From positions 1-37,970 of the forward strand of contig CALPIR020000001.1 in the NCBI GenBank assembly GCA_943323675.2: a DNA stretch of 37,970 nt, written 5' to 3'. Shown here one piece after another: positions 16,639-26,034 of this stretch (its first letter is position 1; the number at the start of each line of letters is the position of its first letter). This DNA is from Chitinophaga pinensis (lineage in GTDB: Bacteria > Bacteroidota > Bacteroidia > UKL13-3). The notes under the pieces were generated by a model. That model worked only from the letters and a program-made list of their open reading frames with translations, made no database searches and had not been told where the DNA came from. A program made the translations under genes and the position numbers.

Positions 16639-18345
16639 ATGCAGCAACACGTACATTCTATAGCCATAACTTGTGGTTTACTTGGCATTAAACATGTGGT
16701 AATCAGCCCTGGATCTCGGTCTGCACCCTTAGTTTTGGCTTTTGCCCAGCATACAAATTTTATTATTCATGTAGCAATTGACGAGAGGTGTGCTGCTTAT
16801 ATGGCCTTGGGAATGGCCCAACAAAAACAAATTCCCGTTGTACTTATTTGTACTTCTGGTACAGCTGTGGCCAATTATTACCCTGCTATAACCGAAGCTT
16901 TTTACCAAAAAATACCGCTTTTAGTGCTTACAGCTGATCGCCCTGAGGATTTACTTGACCAACAGGATGGACAAATGATTAACCAGAAAAACCTATTTGG
17001 ACACCACGTAAGGGCTTTTTATCAATTAAATTGTTACCCTCATGGATCTGAAAATAACCGTGAAACAACAGTTATAGTTGCCGAAGCAATCGGGTTAACT
17101 ACATTCCCCGCAAAAGGGCCAGTACATATTAATGTACCTTTAAAAGAACCCCTTTACCCCAAATCACTTTTACCTAATCACATCCGAAAACTTGAAAAAA
17201 GTATTCTCAATTGGTTAAACCATCATGTTTACAAGCCAATAGACGGCATTTCTAACAATGATTTTATTGAACTTGAACAAGCATGGATAAGTGCATCAAA
17301 AAAAATGATTTTAATAGGGCAGGGAGCAATGCACGAAAAATGGATTACACCTTTATTGGCATTAAAGAATCAAGCAGATGTGGTAATTATTGCAGATGTT
17401 GTGAGTAATAAACATGCTATGGCCAATGTGCACCATGTAGATAAATTACTTAGTGCGGTTGATAGTAAAACGCTAAAAGAACTATCGCCAGATTTACTGA
17501 TTAGCTTTGGTGGACCTATATTGTCAAAAAGCCTTAAAAATTGGTTAAAGCAACAAAAACCTTCTTGGCATTTTCGTATTCAACAAGAGCCTGAGCAAAT
17601 TAACACATATAATAATGTTACCAAATTTCTGAGAGCTACTGTTGATGAAACATTACAACAGATAGCAGCAATTAAGTTGAATCAAAATCCTGAGGCAATG
17701 TTTATGAATAAATGGATTAAAGCTTCTTTTGACATAGAAAAAAAAATAACTGCATTTGCAAAAAAACCAATATGGAGTGAGTTGCACGCAACGTATCATT
17801 TATTAAACCATGTTCCTGATTGTTCTAATTTACAATTGGCTAATAGCAGTGTTGTGCGTTATGTTAGTTGGCTTGATATGTTAAATGAAAGTTGGATTAT
17901 AAATAGCAATAGGGGAACCAGTGGTATAGATGGGTGCACAAGCACAGCACTGGGTGCTGCAAAAGTAAATTTAAGGCAAACTGTATTACTAACTGGTGAT
18001 ATTGCATTTTTGTACGATAAAAATGCGTTTTGGTTGAATGAAATTCCACAGAATTTACGTGTAGTTGTATTTAATAATGGAGGCGGTGGAATATTTACTT
18101 TAATTGACGGACCAACTTATCATAAACAGTTTGCACATTTGTTTACTACACCGCATCAACGCAATGTAAAATCTGTTGCTGTTGATAATGGATTAGATTA
18201 TTACTTTTGCGAATCTTACAGCAATTTAAATAAAGTACTTACTCAGTTTTTTGAACCAACAAATGGTGCTGCAGTTTTAGAATTAAAGTTTGATATGAAG
18301 AAAAACGCAAAAATATTTGAAGCATTTAAAAAGATAAAACTATAA
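16639..18345 (+). CDS. menD: 2-succinyl-5-enolpyruvyl-6-hydroxy-3-cyclohexene-1-carboxylate synthase (ThDP enzyme)
   Basis: 568 aa. N-terminus GIKHVVISPGSRSAPL, LTADRP motif, and ThDP-binding GDIAFLYDKN...VVVFNNGGGGIF. Confidence 0.9.
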   Translation: MQQHVHSIAITCGLLGIKHVVISPGSRSAPLVLAFAQHTNFIIHVAIDERCAAYMALGMAQQKQIPVVLICTSGTAVANYYPAITEAFYQKIPLLVLTADRPEDLLDQQDGQMINQKNLFGHHVRAFYQLNCYPHGSENNRETTVIVAEAIGLTTFPAKGPVHINVPLKEPLYPKSLLPNHIRKLEKSILNWLNHHVYKPIDGISNNDFIELEQAWISASKKMILIGQGAMHEKWITPLLALKNQADVVIIADVVSNKHAMANVHHVDKLLSAVDSKTLKELSPDLLISFGGPILSKSLKNWLKQQKPSWHFRIQQEPEQINTYNNVTKFLRATVDETLQQIAAIKLNQNPEAMFMNKWIKASFDIEKKITAFAKKPIWSELHATYHLLNHVPDCSNLQLANSSVVRYVSWLDMLNESWIINSNRGTSGIDGCTSTALGAAKVNLRQTVLLTGDIAFLYDKNAFWLNEIPQNLRVVVFNNGGGGIFTLIDGPTYHKQFAHLFTTPHQRNVKSVAVDNGLDYYFCESYSNLNKVLTQFFEPTNGAAVLELKFDMKKNAKIFEAFKKIKL

Positions 18346-18359
18346 ATTAAAATAACAAT

Positions 18360-19184
18360 ATGGAAAGTAAATATGATTGGCAAATCATCAAAGAATACAA
18401 AGAAATAAAATTTTCTTTTTTCGAAGGTGTAGCTAAAATTAGTATCAACCGACCTGAAAAGCACAACGCCTTCACGCCATTAACCGTAAAGGAAATGAGT
18501 GAAGCTATGGAATTAGCTCGCCAAGATGAGAATGTATACTGTGTAATTTTAACAGGAGAGGGTGGGAAAGCATTTTGTAGTGGTGGCGATCAAAGTGTTC
18601 GTGGGCATGGTGGTTATATTGGTAATGATGGCATTCCGCGTTTAAATGTACTGGATTTACAAATGCAAATTCGCAGAATACCCAAACCAGTAATTGCGAT
18701 GGTAGCAGGTTATGCAATTGGCGGCGGACATGTGTTGCACGTGATTTGCGATTTAACTATTGCTGCAGAAAATGCTAAATTTGGTCAAACAGGTCCTAAA
18801 GTTGGTAGTTTTGACGGTGGTTTTGGTGCTGGTTATTTGGCACGTTTAGTAGGCCAAAAGAAGGCTCGTGAAATTTGGTTTTTGTGTGATCAATATAACG
18901 CACAAGAAGCATTAGATATGGGCTTGGTAAATAAAGTTGTTCCCCTAGAAATGCTTGAGGACGCTACTTTAGATTGGTGCCGTAAGATTATGGAGAAAAG
19001 TCCTATTGCATTGCGAATGCTTAAAAGTGCATTCAATGCCGAATTAGACGGACAAGCGGGTATACAAGAGTTGGCTGGTAACAGTACGTTGTTGTATTAT
19101 ATGAGTGACGAAGCCAAAGAAGGCAAAAACTCTTTCTTGGAAAAACGCAAGCCGGACTTTAAAAAGTTTCCTAAGTTCCCTTAG
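18360..19184 (+). CDS. menB: 1,4-dihydroxy-2-naphthoyl-CoA synthase
   Basis: Near-canonical MenB sequence: [99 protein letters not shown]. Confidence 0.95.
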   Translation: MESKYDWQIIKEYKEIKFSFFEGVAKISINRPEKHNAFTPLTVKEMSEAMELARQDENVYCVILTGEGGKAFCSGGDQSVRGHGGYIGNDGIPRLNVLDLQMQIRRIPKPVIAMVAGYAIGGGHVLHVICDLTIAAENAKFGQTGPKVGSFDGGFGAGYLARLVGQKKAREIWFLCDQYNAQEALDMGLVNKVVPLEMLEDATLDWCRKIMEKSPIALRMLKSAFNAELDGQAGIQELAGNSTLLYYMSDEAKEGKNSFLEKRKPDFKKFPKFP

Positions 19185-19232
19185 GATTTAATAATATTGA
19201 TTTTATTTTCAATTTCTATATCTATATCAATC

Positions 19233-19266
19233 AAAAAACGTCAGGTATTAAGCCTGGCGTTTTTTG
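19233..19266. terminator. Bidirectional rho-independent terminator
   Basis: aaaaaacgtcagg (19233-19245) / cctggcgtttttt (19253-19265) with one G-U position. It lies between convergent stops at 19184 (+) and 19287 (-). Confidence 0.75.
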
Positions 19267-19286
19267 ATTTAGATTGAACCAAACTT

Positions 19287-20864
19287 TTATTGTTTGATGA
19301 ACTTTTTCGTGTGTACCAATCCATTTTTATCGTATAGTTGAATAAAGTAAATTCCCGCATCGAGCATGCTCACATCTATTATGTTTGTTGAAGCCGAATT
19401 TAAAATTGCTTTACCAGCTAGATTAACAATGGATATTGATGATAACATTTTTTTGTCTACATTAACATTTAACAAATTTCTAGTAGGGTTTGGATATACT
19501 ATTACATCACATTGGAAATTAGTTTTTTCTTTTATCCCTGTTAGGTGGTTGTTATACCAGTTTTTAACCTCATCAACAGCCGTTTGTAATTCACATACTG
19601 AACTTAAGTTGTTTCCACTTGATGCTCGCGCATAAACAAATGCCATTGTAATATTTAGTTCTGATTCTGGAGCTAAAAATTGTGGAGGTATGGTTCCTAA
19701 TATTCTTCTATCCCCAGGATTTAATTTGTCAATACCTTCAGTCCAGCCTGTTTGCTCACAAGGGTTACCATCAAAATAATGCTTTATTTTAATGCCATTT
19801 CGTGTTGTTTCAGTATTCGTTTTATTTCTACTCTTCATGTAATAATAATAATGCTCGGGTAATGAAGGATTACCAATTATAGTATTATCGTTATAGTAAT
19901 ACATACTATTGTACAAATTGTGTGATAACAAAACACAAGCTTGTGCTGGTGGAGTATTCCCGTATCCTATTGTATCTTCGTCATTGTCATCACCGTTATA
20001 CCCATATATCATGTTTCGGTTTACATCTGTTCCAACATAATCATCAGTAAAGTTCCCTAAATCATAATCAACCCATGATGAAAACAATAACGAATCATAT
20101 TCACGGTTTGATTTGTTTGTAATTTTATAATCAACAAAAATGCTGTTGTTTAAATGGTTACTGGTTTGATAAGCGTACGTACTTCTATGTATTTCAATTT
20201 TCATGGGTGCTCCTCCCGATTCAGTATGTGATGGTAAATCATCATTCATTACTGAATATAGCATCATATCACCTTTTATTTTCGGATAATCTCCTTTAGT
20301 TGGCTCGTATTTCCGATTGTTGTTCACGTCAATAAAAGGCGCGGACCCTTGAGTGGTATCTCCAATTGGTATATTTCCTTTTGCAGGCCATTCAAGTATA
20401 TCAATAAACTGTGCAGTATTTACACTAATGTTATTTTGAATGTTATAAAGAAATTCTTGTATATCTGTTTTTTTAATACCCCAAACCCTATTCCAATACT
20501 GATTGGTAGTTGATGTGTAATTATTCAAAACAGGTCCAGATTGCATATCGACACCCTGTTGGCGATAAGTTTCAGCAGCTAAGTATAGGTTGTTGTTACT
20601 TACACCTCCAATCCAAATAGCAGATGAAAAAACAGTACTTTTATTGCTTCCTTTTGGCACTTCAAAAATGTGACTTTTGCCATCATAAAATAGCGGGCCG
20701 TTAGTAGTAATTAAAGCTTTTACATTATTTATATTTAGTAGCTTTTGAGCTTGCGCAGGTATGGTAATTAAACCAATTAAACCTACAATTAATAATTGTT
20801 TCAAATGTTTGTCTATTTTTTTGTTAGTCAAGACAAACACCAAACAAGGATGCACGTGAGGCAT
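19287..20864 (-). CDS. T9SS-secreted protein of unknown function (C-terminal Por sorting domain)
   Basis: C-terminus VIVYPNPTRNLLNVNV...GIYFIQLYDKNGLVHTKKFIKQ is a type A T9SS CTD. The signal peptide KQLLIVGLIGLITIPAQAQ suggests the true start may be the TTG at 20804 rather than the ATG at 20864. Confidence 0.75.
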   Translation of the reverse strand: MPHVHPCLVFVLTNKKIDKHLKQLLIVGLIGLITIPAQAQKLLNINNVKALITTNGPLFYDGKSHIFEVPKGSNKSTVFSSAIWIGGVSNNNLYLAAETYRQQGVDMQSGPVLNNYTSTTNQYWNRVWGIKKTDIQEFLYNIQNNISVNTAQFIDILEWPAKGNIPIGDTTQGSAPFIDVNNNRKYEPTKGDYPKIKGDMMLYSVMNDDLPSHTESGGAPMKIEIHRSTYAYQTSNHLNNSIFVDYKITNKSNREYDSLLFSSWVDYDLGNFTDDYVGTDVNRNMIYGYNGDDNDEDTIGYGNTPPAQACVLLSHNLYNSMYYYNDNTIIGNPSLPEHYYYYMKSRNKTNTETTRNGIKIKHYFDGNPCEQTGWTEGIDKLNPGDRRILGTIPPQFLAPESELNITMAFVYARASSGNNLSSVCELQTAVDEVKNWYNNHLTGIKEKTNFQCDVIVYPNPTRNLLNVNVDKKMLSSISIVNLAGKAILNSASTNIIDVSMLDAGIYFIQLYDKNGLVHTKKFIKQ

Positions 20865-20952
20865 AAAATAGCTTGTAATGGTCAGAATATCAAACAGGAA
20901 AACATTAGTTTTACTTTGTAAATTGATATTTTAAATAAACTGCTTAATACTT

Positions 20953-21732
20953 TTATCCCTTAGCTTGTTCGGGTAGTGATTGTAATATTCCATCCCAAAG
21001 TTCAAGTCTTGCTTGTAAACTTTTTTTCACCCAAAATTCAGCTTCAGCAATTTTTGTTTCGTCATTTCCGCAAAGCTCTTCAGTCATGGCTAATGCAAGA
21101 TGGCTATGGTGATCTCCGTCTACTTCAATATGTCTTTCTAAATAGTATTTAAATGTGCTGAATTGGCCATTGCTTTTTTGATTGAGGTCGTTAACCAAAC
21201 CAATAAACATTGCCGGAATTAGATCTTCTCTGCCAAAGGTAAAAACTGCTGCCATTACATGTGGCTTATTCGTAGCAATTACATCAAAGGTGGTTTTTAC
21301 AAATTGCCTTACAGATGGAACTTTAACTTCGTTTAACGCATCTTCAATCAACTTCCCATTTCGCAGCATGTTTACAAAACTTTCAATCGTTTTTGTATCC
21401 GCCTTGGCTTGTGTCATGCTTTTAAGGTATAACTCAAAATGACTGGTTCTATTGCCGTGCTCATCCACATCACTTTCTTCACCTACAACAATTTCATTTA
21501 TCAAATACCTGGTTGATGCATTGCCAACAGGAAACCAAGGAATATTTACATTGGTTAAATGAATTTGCAAACTTTTTAGTAAACTCATAAAGTCCCAAAC
21601 GGCAAATACATGTTGTTCCATAAACAACCTCACATCATCGGGATGATGCATGCGTTTATATAACGGGTGATTAATAAGTTTTTCCTTTTGAGCTAAAGTG
21701 TTGTCTTGGATAATCGTTGTTCCTTTATTCAT
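20953..21732 (-). CDS. DUF3050-family protein (heme-oxygenase-like helical fold)
   Basis: Start set at the ATG at 21732. Motifs HVFAVWDFMSLLKSLQ, IPWFPVGNASTRYLINEIVVGEESDVDEHG, TFGREDLIPAMF and FKYYLERHIEVDGDHHSHLA match my recollection of DUF3050. Confidence 0.65.
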   Translation of the reverse strand: MNKGTTIIQDNTLAQKEKLINHPLYKRMHHPDDVRLFMEQHVFAVWDFMSLLKSLQIHLTNVNIPWFPVGNASTRYLINEIVVGEESDVDEHGNRTSHFELYLKSMTQAKADTKTIESFVNMLRNGKLIEDALNEVKVPSVRQFVKTTFDVIATNKPHVMAAVFTFGREDLIPAMFIGLVNDLNQKSNGQFSTFKYYLERHIEVDGDHHSHLALAMTEELCGNDETKIAEAEFWVKKSLQARLELWDGILQSLPEQAKG

Positions 21733-21757
21733 ATTTCGGTTGATCAACTTGGGTTGA

Positions 21758-22546
21758 TTATCCTTTAAAATTTGCTGTGCGTTTTTCTAAAAATGCTTGT
21801 GTTCCTTCTTTAAAATCTTCGGTGCCAAAGAAGTTACCAAACTCGTTAATCTCAACATTATTGCCATCCATTTTTTTATCGTAATGTGCATTGACACAAC
21901 GAACAACAGACGCAATGGCTAGAGGTGCTTTGGATTTCACTTTATTTAAAATTTCTTCACATTTAGCTATTAGTTGGTCTTGTGGTACCACGTGGTTAAC
22001 CAAGCCAATTCTGTGTGCCTCTGCTGCATTTATAACATCGCCAGTAACCAGTAACTCTAATGCGCGACCACGACCTACCAATTGAGCCAGGCGTTGCGTG
22101 CCTGCATAGCCAGGTACTAAACCTAAATTAACTTCAGGTTGACCGAACTTGGCGTTTTCTGCAGCAACTCTGATGTGGCATGCCATGGCTAATTCACAAC
22201 CTCCTCCTAATGAAAATCCATTAACCGCTGCAATAACTGGTTTAGGGCACTTTTCTATAGCATTTAAAACACCATGTCCATCTGCACTCATGCGTGTGCC
22301 TTCTTCTACATTGAAGTTAGCAAATTCTGCAATATCAGCACCTGCCGCAAAAGCTTTAGCTCCCGCACCTGTAAGTATCACACCTTGTACTTCTTTGTTT
22401 TCGTAAATTGCGATTATGGCTTCTTTTATATCTTTAAGCGTTTGTATATTTAACGCATTCAATTTGGTTTCTCTGTTTATGGTCAAATATAAAATACCGT
22501 TTTCTATGCGAGTTGTGATGTTGTCACTCATTGCTATCGTACTCAT
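21758..22546 (-). CDS. Enoyl-CoA hydratase/isomerase (crotonase superfamily)
   Basis: Contains [80 protein letters not shown] and EGTQAFLEKR. Confidence 0.9.
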   Translation of the reverse strand: MSTIAMSDNITTRIENGILYLTINRETKLNALNIQTLKDIKEAIIAIYENKEVQGVILTGAGAKAFAAGADIAEFANFNVEEGTRMSADGHGVLNAIEKCPKPVIAAVNGFSLGGGCELAMACHIRVAAENAKFGQPEVNLGLVPGYAGTQRLAQLVGRGRALELLVTGDVINAAEAHRIGLVNHVVPQDQLIAKCEEILNKVKSKAPLAIASVVRCVNAHYDKKMDGNNVEINEFGNFFGTEDFKEGTQAFLEKRTANFKG

Positions 22547-22567
22547 TTAATTTTAAATATTTTTGTA

Positions 22568-22975
22568 TTAAAACTGTCTGTTTTGGGCAACCCAAATTTT
22601 AATGTAATCAGATATTTCACTAGTGTGTGCTCCTGGAGCAAATAATTTACCAACTCCAAGTTTCGATAATTCAATCATGTCTTCATTCGGTATGATGCCA
22701 CCACCAGTAACCAACACATCATTTAAACCTTCTTTTTTTAACAATTCCATAATGCGCGGAAAAACGGTGTTGTGTGCTCCAGATAAAATACTTACCCCTA
22801 TCACATCAACATCTTCTTGTAATGCAGCTTGTACCACCATTTCTGGTGTTTGGCGAAGACCAGTGTAAATAACTTCCATGCCAGCATCTCGCAAAGCTGT
22901 GGCAATCACTTTGGCTCCTCTGTCGTGTCCATCAAGACCAACCTTGGCAACTAAAACGCGTATGGGTCTGTTCAT
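22568..22975 (-). CDS. Stand-alone cobalamin (B12)-binding domain protein, methylmalonyl/isobutyryl-CoA mutase small-subunit type
   Basis: 135 aa. [34 protein letters not shown] contains the DxHxxG B12-binding motif. The rest is a Rossmann-like domain identical in layout to the mutase C-terminal domain. Confidence 0.88.
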   Translation of the reverse strand: MNRPIRVLVAKVGLDGHDRGAKVIATALRDAGMEVIYTGLRQTPEMVVQAALQEDVDVIGVSILSGAHNTVFPRIMELLKKEGLNDVLVTGGGIIPNEDMIELSKLGVGKLFAPGAHTSEISDYIKIWVAQNRQF

Positions 22976-23539
22976 TTAATTAATTGTGTTTGATGTTAGT
23001 TTTTTAAGCTTAATACTATGGTTGCTTTTTAATTCTTTGTTTACGTATTGTACAAAATTTGCATCGTGCATTTCATATACAAAAACCGAATCATTGTTGT
23101 TGTTTAAACGAAGGAATTTAGGTTTAAAAAACTTTTTCAAATCAGTATTTTTGCTTTCGTCTACTGCTGGGTAAATGGTTAATGATTTTTTATCGACCAC
23201 ATGTACCATACAATTCCAATAGTCTGGGTCTTCATTATCTTTATTAGACAGTACAAAATATTTATTTTGTACCAACGATAAAACTTGATTACTGCTTAAT
23301 GGTTTTACTTCCGTTTTACTACTGTCTTTTATGATTACTGATGTTTGGGTAATACTATAAAATAGGGTATCGGTGCTCATGTTTTTTTTACCTACTATAC
23401 CTGAAGGTACAACTAGGTAATAAGTTCCAATCATTTGTTCGGGAAAAACAAGTTGCGCCTCCCCTGGATAACGATCAAACTTACCCATGGTGCAACTTGA
23501 TATTGCTAAAACAAATAATATGGAAAACGTATTTTTCAA
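22976..23539 (-). CDS. Hypothetical lipoprotein (TTG start)
   Basis: MKNTFSILFVLAISSCTMG contains a lipobox-like ISSC. Its stop TAA abuts the ATG of the B12-binding gene (TAAATG), and it starts 8 nt after the gltX stop. Confidence 0.55.
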   Translation of the reverse strand: MKNTFSILFVLAISSCTMGKFDRYPGEAQLVFPEQMIGTYYLVVPSGIVGKKNMSTDTLFYSITQTSVIIKDSSKTEVKPLSSNQVLSLVQNKYFVLSNKDNEDPDYWNCMVHVVDKKSLTIYPAVDESKNTDLKKFFKPKFLRLNNNNDSVFVYEMHDANFVQYVNKELKSNHSIKLKKLTSNTIN

Positions 23540-23547
23540 TCTTGTTT

Positions 23548-25080
23548 CTATGGTTTGTTAATGTTACTTAATGCATATTGTAGTCTTGCAATAGTCACCT
23601 CTTTACCTAGTAAAGCCGCCATTTCAAAAATTGGGGGGCCACCTGCCACACCACTTAAACAAACGCGTAACAATTGTAAAAAATCCTTGTTACTCACTTC
23701 ATTTTTTGATAATGCTTCGATGTAACTTGCTTCAAATAATGTGGCATCAAACGCTTCATTACTTCTAACTAATTGAATCAAGTCTTCAAGAACCAAAGAG
23801 CTTTTATCGTTCCAACGTTTGGCAATAACCGCTTCATCATAAGTGGTTGGTTCTACAAAGAAATAAACAGCAATTTCCCACAACTCTTTTATAAAACTAA
23901 TTTTCTCTTTTATCAAACCACATACCTTAGTAATGTATTCATCACTAAAGTTAAGGTTATGGGCCAATACATCTTTTTTAAGTGATTCGGCTAAAACGTT
24001 ATCTGGTGTGTGGCGAACATATTGTTGGTTAAACCACTTGGCTTTATTTTGATCAAATTTAGCACCTGATTTACTTACACGGTCTAATGTGAATGCTTGA
24101 ACCAACTCTTCGCGGCTAAAAATTTCTTGTGTTGTGCCAGGGTTCCAACCTAAAAAGGCCAATAGGTTCATAACAGCTTCTGGTAAATAGCCACTTTCGC
24201 GGTAGCCGCTACAAACTTCTCCTGTTGCTGGATCTTTCCATTCTAAAGGGAATACAGGGAAACCTAACCTATCGCCATCACGTTTGCTTAATTTACCATT
24301 ACCTTCTGGTTTTAATAAAAGTGGTAAGTGTGCAAATTTTGGCATCACCTCTTCCCAACCTAAATAACGATATAATAAAACATGAAGTGGGGCAGAGGGC
24401 AACCATTCTTCGCCACGAATTACATGAGAGATGTTCATTAAATAATCATCAACCACATTAGCTAAATGGTAAGTTGGCATACCATCACTTTTAAACAACA
24501 CTTTGTCGTCCATTTGAGCGGTATTGATATTTACCCAGCCTCTTATTTCATCATGAAATTTAACGTCTTCTTTTTTCGGAAGTTTAATGCGTACTACATA
24601 TGGCTCGCCTGCATCTAACCTACGTTTTACCTCATCTTCGGGTAAGGTTAGTGAGTTTTTCATGGCCATGCGTGTAATGGCATCATACTTACTGTCTACA
24701 TTACTTGCTTTTAAACGCTCACGCATGGCGTCTAATTCTTCTGCAGTATCAAAAGCATAGTAGGCAAAACCGGCATCTAATAATTGAGTAACGTATTGAA
24801 GGTATATCGGTTTACGCTCGCTTTGGCGGTATGGTGCGTGTGGGCCATCTCCAAAACCAATGCCTTCATCGGCAATTATGCCAACCCACTTTAATGCTTC
24901 AATAATATATTCTTCGGCACCTGGCACGTAACGATTTTGGTCCGTGTCTTCAATACGAATTAAAAAATCGCCACCATGTTTTTTGGCGAATAAATAATTA
25001 TACAAGGCAGTGCGCACACCACCAATATGTAAAGCACCAGTTGGGCTGGGTGCAAAACGAACTCTAACTCTTCTATCCAT
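23548..25080 (-). CDS. gltX: Glutamate--tRNA ligase
   Basis: RVRFAPSPTGALHIGGVRTAL (HIGH motif) and GKLSKRDG (KMSKS motif). Start set at the ATG at 25080 (MDRRVRV), because the ORF-track start at 25095 is a TTG. Confidence 0.95.
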   Translation of the reverse strand: MDRRVRVRFAPSPTGALHIGGVRTALYNYLFAKKHGGDFLIRIEDTDQNRYVPGAEEYIIEALKWVGIIADEGIGFGDGPHAPYRQSERKPIYLQYVTQLLDAGFAYYAFDTAEELDAMRERLKASNVDSKYDAITRMAMKNSLTLPEDEVKRRLDAGEPYVVRIKLPKKEDVKFHDEIRGWVNINTAQMDDKVLFKSDGMPTYHLANVVDDYLMNISHVIRGEEWLPSAPLHVLLYRYLGWEEVMPKFAHLPLLLKPEGNGKLSKRDGDRLGFPVFPLEWKDPATGEVCSGYRESGYLPEAVMNLLAFLGWNPGTTQEIFSREELVQAFTLDRVSKSGAKFDQNKAKWFNQQYVRHTPDNVLAESLKKDVLAHNLNFSDEYITKVCGLIKEKISFIKELWEIAVYFFVEPTTYDEAVIAKRWNDKSSLVLEDLIQLVRSNEAFDATLFEASYIEALSKNEVSNKDFLQLLRVCLSGVAGGPPIFEMAALLGKEVTIARLQYALSNINKP

Positions 25081-25245
25081 AATTGACGGAAGCAAAGATA
25101 GAAATATTATGCAATTGAGGTAATGATTATGATGCTGATAAGCAATGGTCCAAAATTAAACTAACGGTATTGAGTTATTGCGTAAAAATGTTTTCATAAT
25201 ATTCAGAAAACCAGCATATAATCTTGATTCTGCTATGTTTTAATA

Positions 25246-25950
25246 TTAAATAGATGAATTATCAGCAAAGCTGTAATAATTTTTATCGGCAATAATAATG
25301 TGATCCATTACGTTTACGTCAATTAACTTTCCTGAGTCCACAAGTCTTTTAGTTAAGCGTTTATCTTCATCGCTTGGGTTTAAACTTCCTGATGGATGAT
25401 TATGGCAAAGCAAAATATTTGAGGCCAGCAAATCAACCGCGTGTTTAAAGATAACTTTAGGATCTGCTACCGTTCCTGAAACACCGCCTTCGCTTATGCG
25501 TTTTACTTCTATTAACCGATTGCTTCTATTGAGGTAAGCTACCCAAAATTCTTCAATGGGAGTATCAGCTAAAATGGGGTGAAAGTAGGCGAACGCTTGA
25601 GCACTCGATTTAATAAAAATATGGTCTGTTTTGGCTTCGGAAAGGTTTCTTCTTCGGCCTATTTCCATAGCGGCAGTTATGGTTATTGCCTTTGCCTCAC
25701 CAATGCCTTTAACTTTTTGCAGGTCTTTAAATTTGAGTTTGCCTAACTCAACCAAGTTGTTGTTGGTTAATGCTAAAATACGTTTGGCTAAATCAACGGC
25801 ACTTTCTTCTCTTGTTCCGCTTGAAATAAGAATGGCTAGTAGCTCAGCGTCTGATAATGCACTGAAGCCTTTAGTCATAACTTTCTCACGCGGTCTGTCG
25901 TCTTCGGCCCATTGCTTAATGGTCGTAAATCGGGGTATTTCCTCGCTCAT
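25246..25950 (-). CDS. radC: RadC-family JAB/MPN domain protein
   Basis: N-terminal HhH-like region (LSDAELLAILISSGT, KGIGEAKAITI) and C-terminal JAMM motif CHNHPSGSLNPSDED. Confidence 0.9.
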   Translation of the reverse strand: MSEEIPRFTTIKQWAEDDRPREKVMTKGFSALSDAELLAILISSGTREESAVDLAKRILALTNNNLVELGKLKFKDLQKVKGIGEAKAITITAAMEIGRRRNLSEAKTDHIFIKSSAQAFAYFHPILADTPIEEFWVAYLNRSNRLIEVKRISEGGVSGTVADPKVIFKHAVDLLASNILLCHNHPSGSLNPSDEDKRLTKRLVDSGKLIDVNVMDHIIIADKNYYSFADNSSI

Positions 25951-25971
25951 GGTAAATGGTTTTTGGTGGCA

Positions 25972-26013
25972 CCAAAATAAAAAACCTCATCGACTTTAAC
26001 ATCAATGAGGTTT
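25972..26013 (-). terminator. Rho-independent terminator downstream of metG
   Basis: On the minus strand, aaacctcattga / tcgatgaggttt forms a 12-bp stem with 1 mismatch, followed by ttttttatttt. It lies between the metG stop (26035) and the radC start (25950). Confidence 0.75.
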
Positions 26014-26034
26014 AAATTTTTTAAGTGTTGATTA

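Noticed and set aside
18243-18464. 73-aa minus-strand ORF spanning the menD/menB junction
   Set aside because: It overlaps the ends of two well-supported plus-strand genes, and its Phe/Ile-rich translation comes from AT-rich antisense sequence.
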